Shown: positions 42,286 through 51,635, counted from the first letter of the stretch. The stretch is DNA of 64,000 nucleotides from Tissierellia bacterium (GCA_030540635.1 JAUNVW010000001.1:17973-81972); one strand, 5' to 3'. Program-made: numbers and translations. The notes: generated by a model not told the origin, from the letters alone.

Positions 42286-42513
42286 CTATCCGCTTTTTAT
42301 CGAAACACGAATCATTTTTGCCATATCTTTCGCAATTCCTATCCGGCTTCCTTTGACCATTAAAATAACCCCTGCACGATCCCTTGTTACAATTTCCACT
42401 TCTGAATCTTGAATAATCCCTAGATTACTTAATTGTTTTCTTTGAGAGAGGTCCATCTCCTCAATAAAATCTATGATCAGGGGGACGCCAGGAGGTGCTA
42501 GTGACAATAACAA
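42286..42513 (-). CDS. feoA: FeoA domain protein (second copy)
   Basis: I chose the TTG start at 42513, preceded by GGAGGG at a 6-nt spacing. This gives 75 aa like its neighbour. The 104-aa version in the track adds an Ile-rich extension with no RBS. Confidence 0.6.
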   Translation of the reverse strand: MLLSLAPPGVPLIIDFIEEMDLSQRKQLSNLGIIQDSEVEIVTRDRAGVILMVKGSRIGIAKDMAKMIRVSIKSG

Positions 42514-42623
42514 TTTTATCCCTCCGGTTCCTTTTCGGATTTCATAATTATTAGTAATGATTATCATAATTATTATATTCCCCTTGATAATGAAAGTCAA
42601 TTTTCATCACTCTTGCTTAATGC

Positions 42624-42640
42624 GATTGATAATCATTTTC
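42624..42640. promoter_or_regulatory. Fur-box-like operator upstream of the feo operon
   Basis: GATTGATAATCATTTTC contains the TGATAATCATT core of the Fur consensus GATAATGATAATCATTATC. Confidence 0.55.
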
Positions 42641-42848
42641 GCTTGTAAAATGACTTATAAAACGTCTATTTTCTCAAGAATATTAATCTATTTGCTTAAT
42701 TTTTTAAAAATTCAAATTGAAAATTGCCCGAAGAATATTAAAATTAATAGTTTATTTTTATATTTTTAATAATATTTTTATATTTTGTATTTTCTTTATT
42801 CCATGACGGTATGACTTCTCTTATGTTATAATAAACTATGGTGATTTT

Positions 42849-43952
42849 ATGTTTAGCTTACGAAAGAAAAATTTTTCAAAACTAGATAAACCCCTAATTG
42901 TTATTATTGCTATTTTGTTGATCTATGGATTAATCGTTTTGCGAAGTGCGGTAGATTCTCTTCCAGGCTCATATATGAAGACGCAGATTATTGCAACATT
43001 ATTGGGAATTCTATTGATAACGATTATTTTATGCATCGATATCGATTTTATTAAGTCCATATACATACCGATATATATGTTTTGCAATGTTTTATTGATT
43101 ATCGTTTTGTTTGTAGGCGTTGGCGACGAATGGGGATCTCGGTCATGGTTTTCATTGGGCCCCATAAATTTTCAACCGGCAGAGATTGCTAAAGTTGGAT
43201 TAATCATTTCCCTCGCTCGATTCATTGAACTTCATAAAAAAAATATCAACGAACCATTAACATTAATTAAAATTTTATTATTCGCTATGCTCCCTGTGGC
43301 ATTGATCCTAAAGCAGCCGGATTTTGGAACAGCAATGGTCTTTGTTTTCTTCATTGCAGGGATGTTATTTGCGGCGGGACTGGATTTTCGTTATATTTTC
43401 AGTGCCTTTATTTTATTTTTAGTATCATTTCCATTTTTTTATATGCGATTGACGACGGTACAAAAGGACCGAATTCGAAATTTCTTGGATAAAGAACGGG
43501 ATATTTCCAATACAGGCCTTCAGGCTTGGCGAGGACGTATCGCCATTGGATCTGGTCGATTTTCGGGACAGGGGTATTTGCAAGGTACACAATCTCAATT
43601 TAATTTTGTTTTAGAAAAGCAAACGGATTATATTTATGCTGTACTTGTTGAGGAGCTTGGATTTCTCGGTGGTGCCCTTGTTATTTTATTATACTTTTTA
43701 ATGTTTTTTCGCTGTATTCAAATCGCCCGTAATTCGGAATCATTATTTGCTAAATTGATTATCGTCGGCTTTGCTGCAATGTTACTCTTTCACATTTTCG
43801 AAAATATTGGTATGACTGTAGGGGTCATGCCAATTACCGGTATCCCCCTTCCCTTTTTCAGTTACGGAGGCACTTTTCAGATCATCAATATGATTTGTAT
43901 CGGTTTAGTGTTATCGGTGTCGATCCAACGTGAACCCTTATCCTTTATGTAA
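42849..43952 (+). CDS. SEDS-family protein (FtsW/RodA/SpoVE)
   Basis: 367 aa, 10 TM segments. QPAEIAKV, LKQPDFGTA and PLPFFSYGG motifs. Confidence 0.85.
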   Translation: MFSLRKKNFSKLDKPLIVIIAILLIYGLIVLRSAVDSLPGSYMKTQIIATLLGILLITIILCIDIDFIKSIYIPIYMFCNVLLIIVLFVGVGDEWGSRSWFSLGPINFQPAEIAKVGLIISLARFIELHKKNINEPLTLIKILLFAMLPVALILKQPDFGTAMVFVFFIAGMLFAAGLDFRYIFSAFILFLVSFPFFYMRLTTVQKDRIRNFLDKERDISNTGLQAWRGRIAIGSGRFSGQGYLQGTQSQFNFVLEKQTDYIYAVLVEELGFLGGALVILLYFLMFFRCIQIARNSESLFAKLIIVGFAAMLLFHIFENIGMTVGVMPITGIPLPFFSYGGTFQIINMICIGLVLSVSIQREPLSFM

Positions 43953-43981
43953 AGAAAATAGATGAAGATAGGAGTGTGCTT

Positions 43982-44455
43982 ATGAAAAAAATACCATCTT
44001 TTGAAATTAATCACTTAAATTTAAAAAAAGGATGCTATATTTCTCGAGTGGATGAAATAAACAAGACAAGGATTACAACCTTTGATTTACGAATGACCGA
44101 CCCCAATGATGAGCCTGTGATGGAAACCTCTGCTATCCATGCTATTGAGCATTTGGGAGCAACTTATTTGAGAAATTCTTCCCATGCAGATCAAGTGATT
44201 TACTTTGGACCTATGGGGTGCCGTACCGGTTTTTACCTTCTTCTAGAGGGCAAATATAAAGCGAAAGACATTCTTCCTTTACTTTTAGAAATGTTTGATT
44301 TTATTGTAAATTATCAAGGCGATATCCCCGGCGCGAGTCCTCGAGACTGCGGAAACTATCAAGACATGAATTTAGATATGGCAAAGTATTATAGTAGAAT
44401 CTATTTGCAAGTCCTCAAAAATATCTCGCAAGATCGCCTTGTGTATCCAAAATAA
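43982..44455 (+). CDS. luxS: S-ribosylhomocysteine lyase
   Basis: Metal-binding HAIEHL and the GPMGCRTGFY cysteine. ATG at 43982 with RBS TAGGAG. Confidence 0.9.
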   Translation: MKKIPSFEINHLNLKKGCYISRVDEINKTRITTFDLRMTDPNDEPVMETSAIHAIEHLGATYLRNSSHADQVIYFGPMGCRTGFYLLLEGKYKAKDILPLLLEMFDFIVNYQGDIPGASPRDCGNYQDMNLDMAKYYSRIYLQVLKNISQDRLVYPK

Positions 44456-44456
44456 T

Positions 44457-44485
44457 AAAGCGGATTTCCTAAGGAAATCCGTTTT
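44457..44485. terminator. Bidirectional intrinsic terminator
   Basis: AAAGCGGATTTCC-TAA-GGAAATCCGTTTT between convergent luxS and tdk. Confidence 0.8.
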
Positions 44486-44487
44486 AT

Positions 44488-45102
44488 TTATTTCATCATT
44501 TCATCAATGACAATTTGATCTTTTTGTGATTTTTTAATGTCTTGTTGCATCATATAACAACGACGACACAATGGCCGATAAGATTCTGAAGCACCGATTT
44601 GAATTCGATCTTTCTCATTGGAAAATCGAAAACTAACCCAAGCATCTGTTCCACAATCGGAACAAACGGCATGATGCTTATTCAAATAATCAGCCTTGGG
44701 CATTAGTTCCTTCATAATTTCAAAAGGTTTTGCTTCAAAATCCATATCTAAACCTGCAACAACAATGGTATAGTCTTTCTTTAATAAATCTTCTAAAACA
44801 TCACAAACTTCCAACGCTTTCGATTGCAAAAATTGTATTTCATCTATCCCTATTATATCGGTTTCATGGTGCTCGAGATAAGAAACAATATCTTCAACTT
44901 TTTCAATACTAATTGCTTCCATGGTATTATTATCATGGGTTGTAATTTGATTTCTTCCATAACGTTCATCCAAAACCGGCTTAAAAACAACGGTATCATA
45001 TCCTGCGATACTAAATCGATTAAGATCTTTCCAAAGGGAAGATGTTTTTCCTGAAAACATACTACCCGTGTGGATAATCATTTTTCCGCGATATTGATGC
45101 AT
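44488..45102 (-). CDS. tdk: Thymidine kinase
   Basis: P-loop GSMFSGKTS and C-terminal zinc-ribbon cysteines (CSDCG...CRRC). Confidence 0.9.
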   Translation of the reverse strand: MHQYRGKMIIHTGSMFSGKTSSLWKDLNRFSIAGYDTVVFKPVLDERYGRNQITTHDNNTMEAISIEKVEDIVSYLEHHETDIIGIDEIQFLQSKALEVCDVLEDLLKKDYTIVVAGLDMDFEAKPFEIMKELMPKADYLNKHHAVCSDCGTDAWVSFRFSNEKDRIQIGASESYRPLCRRCYMMQQDIKKSQKDQIVIDEMMK

Positions 45103-45103
45103 T

Positions 45104-45685
45104 TTATAATCCTTGAATTTCTATCTTTTCAATGATAATCTCTTCGTAGGGTTTATCCATTGCATCGGTCGCGACTGATGCGATCTCGTCTACGATGTCT
45201 AAACCTTCATAAACCTGTCCAAAAACGGTATGCTTATTGTCCAACCAAAAGGCACCACAATATCTTAAATAAGCATCTTTTTTATCCTCTGCCATAGGTG
45301 CATTCATTAAAATATCTTTTGTCGAATCATCATAACGATCCATCTGAACAATAAAAAACTGTGAACCATTGGTATTGGGACCACTATTTGCCATAGACAG
45401 GGCACCTCTCAAATTCAATAAATCACTGATTTCATCGTCAAAGGATTGACCCCATTTCGATTGACCTCCCCGACCTGTTCCTGTCGGATCACCGCTTTGG
45501 ATCATAAAGTTTTCGATAACACGGTGGAAAATGACACCATCATAGTAGGAATTCTTGCTTAATTCAACGAAGTTATCTACTGTTTTCGGTGCTTTCTCTG
45601 GAAATAAACGGATTTTAATTTCTCCTTTTGTTGTATGAAGTATTGCCTTTGGATCCTTATTTTCTGGTTTTTCAATTTGATACAT
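45104..45685 (-). CDS. ppiB: Cyclophilin-type peptidyl-prolyl isomerase
   Basis: FHRVIENFMIQSGDP and GSQFFI motifs. Confidence 0.9.
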   Translation of the reverse strand: MYQIEKPENKDPKAILHTTKGEIKIRLFPEKAPKTVDNFVELSKNSYYDGVIFHRVIENFMIQSGDPTGTGRGGQSKWGQSFDDEISDLLNLRGALSMANSGPNTNGSQFFIVQMDRYDDSTKDILMNAPMAEDKKDAYLRYCGAFWLDNKHTVFGQVYEGLDIVDEIASVATDAMDKPYEEIIIEKIEIQGL

Positions 45686-47048
45686 GGATATCTCCTTCCA
45701 ATTCTCTTATTTTCTCTCTAAAATATCGATAAAACAATAATGTCGTTGTCAATGCCGCGATAATATCCGCAATAGGTTCGGCTAAAAATACTGCAAAAAC
45801 TTTTTGATTCATAAAAAATGGCAGGATATATATTAAAGGGATCAACAATATTATCTTCCGTAATAAGGCAAGAAACAGGGATATTTTTGCTTGTCCCATG
45901 GCAAGAAAACTTTGTTGACAAATAATTTGAAAAGGTAACATGATATATCCTGCCATATATATGCTAATCGACCAATTAGTCGCTTGTAATAAATTTTTAT
46001 CAGTGGTGAATAATTCAGTAAAAAGAGATGGTCGCCATAAAATTATACAATAAAAGATCAAGGTATATAAAACTCCTGTGGCCAATAAAATTTTAAAACC
46101 ACTTTTCATGCGTTTTGGTTTTTTTGCACCAAAATTATATGAAATAATTGGCTGTGCTCCTTGAACTAAGCCCGATAAAGGTAATACTAAAAACTGAGAA
46201 ATCGTCGCCATAATTGACATTGAGCCCACATACAAATCGCCTCCAAATTTTAATAACGAGGTATTTAATGTTATATTTAACAGCGATTCCGTACTCTGCA
46301 TAATAAAAGGTGATACTCCTAAAAGTAATATTCGACTTAAAATTGTAGGGTTTATCCGAAGCCTTTCGCCAAAGAGTCTTATCTGAGTTCGATGTCCGAT
46401 TAAAAATTTTAATACCCATATCATCGATATCCCCTGGGCTATTACCGTTGCAATGGCAGCGCCTTTAATTCCTAGATTAAAATAAAAAATTAATAGGGGA
46501 TCAAGGATAATATTGATTACAGCTCCAATGCTCACCGTAATCATCGAATATAAGGAAAATCCTTGTGCAGAAATAAAAACATTTAATCCCATGGTCATCA
46601 ACACAAAAATGGAACCTAATATATATATCTCGGCATATTCCATGGCATAATAAATCGTATTTTCACTCGCTCCAAAAAAAAATAATATTTCTTCTTTGAA
46701 TCCATAAAAAAATGCTGTTAAAAATATTCCCAATCCCAATAATGCCAAAAAGGAATTACCCAGTATCTGTTCTGCTTTCTTTAAATCATCTTTGCCCATG
46801 GCAATAGAAGCCAACGGCGCGCCTCCCATCCCGATCAAAGAAGAAAATGCTGTAATCAAGATAATAAGTGGCATACATATGCCCATTCCCGTAATCGCCA
46901 TGGGACCCACATCTGGAATTTTTCCGATAAAAATACGATCTACAATATTATATAACATATTAATAATTTGACCAATAACCGCCGGTGCCGTTAATTTAAT
47001 AAATAATCTTGGTATCGGCATCGTTCCCAATATATTTTTTTCTTTCAT
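45672..47048 (-). CDS. MATE-family efflux transporter
   Basis: 458 aa, 12 TM segments, typical MATE N-terminus (LTAPAVIGQIINMLYNIVDRIFIG). Confidence 0.88.
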   Translation of the reverse strand: MKEKNILGTMPIPRLFIKLTAPAVIGQIINMLYNIVDRIFIGKIPDVGPMAITGMGICMPLIILITAFSSLIGMGGAPLASIAMGKDDLKKAEQILGNSFLALLGLGIFLTAFFYGFKEEILFFFGASENTIYYAMEYAEIYILGSIFVLMTMGLNVFISAQGFSLYSMITVSIGAVINIILDPLLIFYFNLGIKGAAIATVIAQGISMIWVLKFLIGHRTQIRLFGERLRINPTILSRILLLGVSPFIMQSTESLLNITLNTSLLKFGGDLYVGSMSIMATISQFLVLPLSGLVQGAQPIISYNFGAKKPKRMKSGFKILLATGVLYTLIFYCIILWRPSLFTELFTTDKNLLQATNWSISIYMAGYIMLPFQIICQQSFLAMGQAKISLFLALLRKIILLIPLIYILPFFMNQKVFAVFLAEPIADIIAALTTTLLFYRYFREKIRELEGDIHVSN

Positions 47049-47062
47049 TTCGATCCTTCCAT

Positions 47063-47086
47063 AAAAAGAAAGGAGGTTTCCCTCCT
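47063..47086 (-). terminator. Hairpin terminator/attenuator between the response regulator and the MATE gene
   Basis: The minus strand reads AGGAGG-GAAA-CCTCCT followed by TTCTTTTT. Confidence 0.55.
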
Positions 47087-47100
47087 AACAAATCTTCTGA

Positions 47101-47802
47101 TCAATCAAAATCACCGTAATAATATCCTTCGCCCCATTTTGTTTTTATTAAATGGGAATCGGAATCTTTAATTTTTTCCCTTAAACGCTTTATATGTACA
47201 TCTACAGTACGTAAATGTCCATCATAATACTTGCCCCATATTTCTTCGGCCAATTGTTCCCTCGAGAAAACTATTCCTGGATTTGACACCATAATATACA
47301 ATAGATCAAATTCTTTTCCCGTCAAATCTACGGCTTTACCACCCATTTTTACTTTTCTACCGACAATATTAAAATCAAATTTACCTAAGCTAATTATATT
47401 CTCTTTATCATTACCACTTACTGATTCAGTATCTTGTTGATATCGCCGAAGTACCGCTCGTATTCTAGCTTTTAGTTCTAAGATATTAAATGGTACATTA
47501 ACATAATCATCACAGCCATATTCCAAGGCCAAGACTTTTTTGATTTCATCATCAACATTCGATACAACAATTGTCGGAATATCTTTTATTTCTACAATTT
47601 TCTTCTTTAAATCTAATCCTGTACCGTCGCTAAATCTCATGTCGATTAAAACCACTTCAAAATTTTTCTTTTTAATGGAACTCATTGCTTCCTCAATGGT
47701 TTTACATATACTAAGCTCGTAATTCGGATCTCCAGAAAAATTATAAACAATTTCTTTTTTATAGTCAGAATCTGGAAATACCAATAATACTCTAAGACTC
47801 AT
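47101..47802 (-). CDS. Orphan OmpR-family response regulator with an atypical receiver domain
   Basis: Receiver with LIDMRFSDG (Asp present) but DDYVNVPF where the canonical motif is DDYxxKPF. Winged-helix output domain (RTVDVHIKRLREKI). Confidence 0.8.
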   Translation of the reverse strand: MSLRVLLVFPDSDYKKEIVYNFSGDPNYELSICKTIEEAMSSIKKKNFEVVLIDMRFSDGTGLDLKKKIVEIKDIPTIVVSNVDDEIKKVLALEYGCDDYVNVPFNILELKARIRAVLRRYQQDTESVSGNDKENIISLGKFDFNIVGRKVKMGGKAVDLTGKEFDLLYIMVSNPGIVFSREQLAEEIWGKYYDGHLRTVDVHIKRLREKIKDSDSHLIKTKWGEGYYYGDFD

Positions 47803-47909
47803 CGACCACCTCTTACCGGTTCATTGATTGTATTTGAGCATCCGAAGATTGACGAACACTCACTTCTACTATTGTCCTTAACTGTAATTTATTGAACTAA
47901 GCCAATATT

Positions 47910-48968
47910 CTATTCTTTAATAATAAGATCTTGATCTTCTTTTCCAATCACTTTGCCAATAATTCCTGATGGAATATTTTGCTTCTTTAACCGTTTTTCT
48001 AAAATAATAGCATCGGATTCGGGTAATGAAAACAATAAGCCTCCAGAAGTTTGAGGGTCAAAAAGCAAATCTTTCATCCAAGGCTTCAAATCATTATCAT
48101 AACGAATTGAATCACCGACATAATCATAATTAGCATAGGTTCCTTCTGGAATTAAACCCATATTTAAAAATTCTTCACATTCTTTATAAAATGGGATTGC
48201 TTGATGATAAATCTCCATTGAATAATTCGTTCCATTTGTCATTTCATAAGCATGACCGGCTAGTCCAAAACCTGTAATATCCGTGCAAGCATGGATATCT
48301 AAACCCTTTGCGGCATCATAACCTACTTTATTCAACATTTCCATCATTTGAATGGCTTCTTTTATTTCTTTTTCTTGTAATAAGCCACCCTTCAATGCCG
48401 TATTAAGAACGCCTACGCCTATTGGTTTTGTCAGGAATATAACATCTCCTTCTTCTATGGTGTTATTTCTCCAATACTCTCGAGGATGAACTAAACCAAT
48501 CACCGAAAGTCCAAATTTTGGTTCATCATCTTGTATTGTGTGCCCACCGGCAAGTATGCAACCTGCTTCTGCAACTTTATCTGCAGATCCACGCAAAATT
48601 TCTGTAAGTATACTCTCATCCATGCAATTGGGAAAACCAACGATATTTAGGCATAGTAAAGGTTCACAACCCATGGCATAAACATCAGAAAGTGAATTTG
48701 CGGCTGATATTTTTCCAAAAGTATAGGGATCATTGACGATTGGCGTGAAAAAATCAAGGGTGTAGACAATAGCCATATCATCATTAATTTTGTAAACAGC
48801 AGCATCATCAGTGGTTTCCATGCCCAATAACAAATTATTATCATCGATTATATTTAATTGTTTTAAAACATTGGAAAGCATCCCGGCTTCTAATTTCGCC
48901 GCTCAACCAGATGTTTTCGTATATTGCGTTAATTGAACATTTTCCAAATTTATTTTTCTATTTGTCAT
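47910..48968 (-). CDS. selD: Selenide, water dikinase (selenophosphate synthetase) with in-frame UGA = selenocysteine at codon 22
   Basis: The frame is open from ATG at 48968, with TGA at 48903..48905: MTNRKINLENVQLTQYTKTSG-U-AAKLEAGMLSNVL. This matches the E. coli SelD [23 protein letters not shown] region. The remainder of the protein (AIR-synthase-like fold) is the 323-aa ORF in the track. Confidence 0.85.
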
Positions 48969-48974
48969 TTCTAC

Positions 48975-49544
48975 CTACTTTATAACGATCTGATCTTTTA
49001 ATCGATCGAAAATACCCTTTCCTATTCCTGGAACATGCATCAAATCTTCCAATTCTTCAAACCCATGATCTTCGCGAAACTGAAGAATCGATTCTGCTTT
49101 TTTATCACCAATCCCCGGTAAAGTTTTTAACTCATCAATATCAGCAGTCCTTATATTTACCATGGGATTTTCATTCTTCACAAGAACTTCTTCCTCATCG
49201 ATATGGGGAATATGAATTTTCATTTCATCCTCTAAAATCTTGGCTAAATTAATTGCCTTTTCATCTGCTGTTTCTAACAGCCCTCCCGCATCAAGGATTA
49301 GATCATTTAAACGATCTCCTTCTTCAAATTCATAGACACCGGGATATTTAATCTCACCGGTTATATGAACTTTTTTTATCACTTCCAATTCCAATGGATC
49401 ATCTTCCTTTGTATGATCGGATAAATCTTTCTGTGATGCAACAAATTCCATGGGAACTTCATCTCTCTTATTTATCCAACCAATAAAAGCAAAGACAACA
49501 ATCGCCAATGCAATAATGAGTTTTTCCTTATTATTAAGATCCAT
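48975..49544 (-). CDS. comEA: ComEA-type DNA receptor (TM anchor, SLBB domain, helix-hairpin-helix)
   Basis: VHITGEIKYPGVYEF (SLBB) and LKTLPGIGDKKAESI..HVPGIGKGIFDRL (HhH x2). Confidence 0.85.
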   Translation of the reverse strand: MDLNNKEKLIIALAIVVFAFIGWINKRDEVPMEFVASQKDLSDHTKEDDPLELEVIKKVHITGEIKYPGVYEFEEGDRLNDLILDAGGLLETADEKAINLAKILEDEMKIHIPHIDEEEVLVKNENPMVNIRTADIDELKTLPGIGDKKAESILQFREDHGFEELEDLMHVPGIGKGIFDRLKDQIVIK

Positions 49545-49641
49545 TGGATTGACCCCCTTTAAAAGGATTATATATTTCTATTATATCAAATTTACAATAA
49601 TTTTGCATCGGAAGAGTAAAGGGTATATTTTCCCGTAAAAA

Positions 49642-49662
49642 AAGACGGTGGCTCACCGTCTT
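49642..49662 (-). terminator. Intrinsic terminator after the 241-aa gene
   Basis: AAGACGGTG-GCT-CACCGTCTT followed by T7 on the minus strand. Confidence 0.8.
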
Positions 49663-49667
49663 ATAGT

Positions 49668-50393
49668 TTATTGATATCGAGATAATACTCGATCATTAAT
49701 TCCATACCAAACTGCATCTTTACAAATACTATTTAATGAACGGGTCACATTATTGACGATACGACGATACAGACCATTTATTTCATCTCTTGTTATAAAT
49801 TGCTCTTCAGAAATATAATAACCATCTTCGGTATAATGAAAGGATAATTGCTTGTTTAAAAATTTATTAATGCTATAAATTGTTTCCCGAATCATCTGAT
49901 CACAATATTTATGGATAAAATATTTATTATGTTTAAAATAATGTACCGGTTCTGTCGTTCGTCGGATCATATCTTTTTTCAGACGCCGCATTCGAAAAGT
50001 ATTCACCTCGTGAAATAGTTTTTTTCGATGATATAGTGCCTTTGGTGGTACATTTGTAAGAATGATCTCCTCAAATTCATCCACTATTTCTTTATTATCA
50101 TATCCTAAAAAATAGGCTTCAATATACATAGATAGTTCTAAACGAGTTATGGTATTTCCTATAATCTTCATAATCGTCGATGCGATTAAATCCCGATCAT
50201 CTCGATACCCTAAATAGTTCCGAACACTTCGGCCCATTCTTTTGGTTACCACATACTTTGGTTTTAGTCCACTAAAGCGATATTCGTTTTCTATGATATG
50301 AAATAATAAATAAATGGAGTCTAAATCATTTTCGTACAAAAATTTATGTTCCAATTCTTTTTTTATATTTTTGTAGCGTTTTGGTAGACTCAT
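49668..50393 (-). CDS. Hypothetical protein, 241 aa, no family recognised
   Basis: Clean ORF with a terminator downstream, 18 nt after the preceding gene. Basic and helical-looking. Confidence 0.5.
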   Translation of the reverse strand: MSLPKRYKNIKKELEHKFLYENDLDSIYLLFHIIENEYRFSGLKPKYVVTKRMGRSVRNYLGYRDDRDLIASTIMKIIGNTITRLELSMYIEAYFLGYDNKEIVDEFEEIILTNVPPKALYHRKKLFHEVNTFRMRRLKKDMIRRTTEPVHYFKHNKYFIHKYCDQMIRETIYSINKFLNKQLSFHYTEDGYYISEEQFITRDEINGLYRRIVNNVTRSLNSICKDAVWYGINDRVLSRYQ

Positions 50394-50411
50394 AGTAATA
50401 CTCCTTGCGTT

Positions 50412-51053
50412 TTAAAATACGAAAGATTTCACCATCGTACGTTCCATATATAAGGCTTCGGCCGTATCAAAGACAAAATTAATGATATGACGATTAAAAT
50501 CCAGAGCAAAATTTAAATCTCTTTTATAGGATTTCTCCTTTTGGTATTCGGTGACAACATCGTAGATATACTCTCGGACAATATTTTTCAGTAAAACAGC
50601 GCCAAAGGCATCTATGGATAATGATGCAGTATCGACGATCGCATTTTGAAAATCATGGCCTTGAGCACGTTGATTTAATTCTTTTTCATAGGCAACATGG
50701 ACTTTAAAATGATCATCAAATGTCCACCGTTCAGCATGGGGTAAACACACATAATCTGAAAGAAAGTGACTAATCACTCCAACTTTTGTGCTAAGGATTT
50801 TTCGTTGAAAGCCCGTCATCTTCTTCGGATTAAAAAAACGGCAGAAGTAGATTAATCCTACAATTTCATTGACAACAAAATGTATGCTGTCTTCTAAATA
50901 ATGTCGATATATCTTATATTTTGGTAAAAAATCTGGGCTAATTGCACCCCAGATCACTCGTTTTTCATTTAATTCAATCCCTTGATCTTCTAAGATTGAT
51001 TGTTGTAATTCTTTTGCGATAATTTTATGTGTTTCTGGAAATATAATAAACAC
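50412..51053 (-). CDS. Hypothetical protein with a Zn-dependent phospholipase C / S1-P1 nuclease-like motif
   Basis: ETHKIIA near the N-terminus, WGAISPDF, and SHFLSDYVCLPHAE (an H-x3-D-x4-PH pattern) resemble the metal ligands of that superfamily. Confidence 0.4.
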   Translation of the reverse strand: MFIIFPETHKIIAKELQQSILEDQGIELNEKRVIWGAISPDFLPKYKIYRHYLEDSIHFVVNEIVGLIYFCRFFNPKKMTGFQRKILSTKVGVISHFLSDYVCLPHAERWTFDDHFKVHVAYEKELNQRAQGHDFQNAIVDTASLSIDAFGAVLLKNIVREYIYDVVTEYQKEKSYKRDLNFALDFNRHIINFVFDTAEALYMERTMVKSFVF

Positions 51054-51103
51054 TTCCTTTCGAAGGACTCTGTCTATAATCTTAATTCACATAATGGTAT
51101 TTG

Positions 51104-51565
51104 TCAATCAGTATTTTGGCAAAGATAGAGAATCACATTTGAGTAATTGAATCGATTTTCTTGTATAATTCTGTTTAAAATTTCCACATAATGATTCCCA
51201 TAAATCCTCTTAATATATTCGATATCCATCGCTAAACGATTTAATTGATACTCTTCCAATATGTCAAAAATAGAATACAATGCTTCTTCGAATAAATATC
51301 GTTTATTTTCATCATTAATTTCCTTCGGTATGCATGATACAATTACATAGTCGCATAATAAGTCTTTTCCAGGAATTATTTGACTATCCCCTGTACTCAG
51401 ACCATTGATTTCTGAAAGGGAGTATAAAATTTCTTCTCCGGCATTTTTTATTAAAGCATCGGATTCTCTTCCTAGAAGATCATTGGTAGTAAAATATACC
51501 ATACAATCACAAGAAATATTAAAGATACTTTTATTAACAAAGCGTAAATCCATATTTTCACCCAT
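51104..51565 (-). CDS. Hypothetical protein, 153 aa, weak macro-domain-like pattern
   Basis: CDCMVYFTTNDLLGRESDALIKNAGEEI and GDSQIIPGKDLLCDYVIVSCIPK loosely follow macro-domain strand/loop order, but the Gly-rich loop is degenerate. Confidence 0.3.
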   Translation of the reverse strand: MGENMDLRFVNKSIFNISCDCMVYFTTNDLLGRESDALIKNAGEEILYSLSEINGLSTGDSQIIPGKDLLCDYVIVSCIPKEINDENKRYLFEEALYSIFDILEEYQLNRLAMDIEYIKRIYGNHYVEILNRIIQENRFNYSNVILYLCQNTD

Positions 51566-51635
51566 ATCCTGATCATTCTTTGATATACTAAGTATATATT
51601 AAATAATTTAATTACTCAATCCAAGGAGATAAATA

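Noticed and set aside
47803-47909. Possible tRNA-Sec (selC) or another small RNA in the 107-nt gap next to selD
   Set aside because: There is no cloverleaf, no U-UCA-R anticodon-loop context, no GTTCRA T-loop and no acceptor-stem complementarity. The gap is more likely just the leader and RBS of the response regulator.
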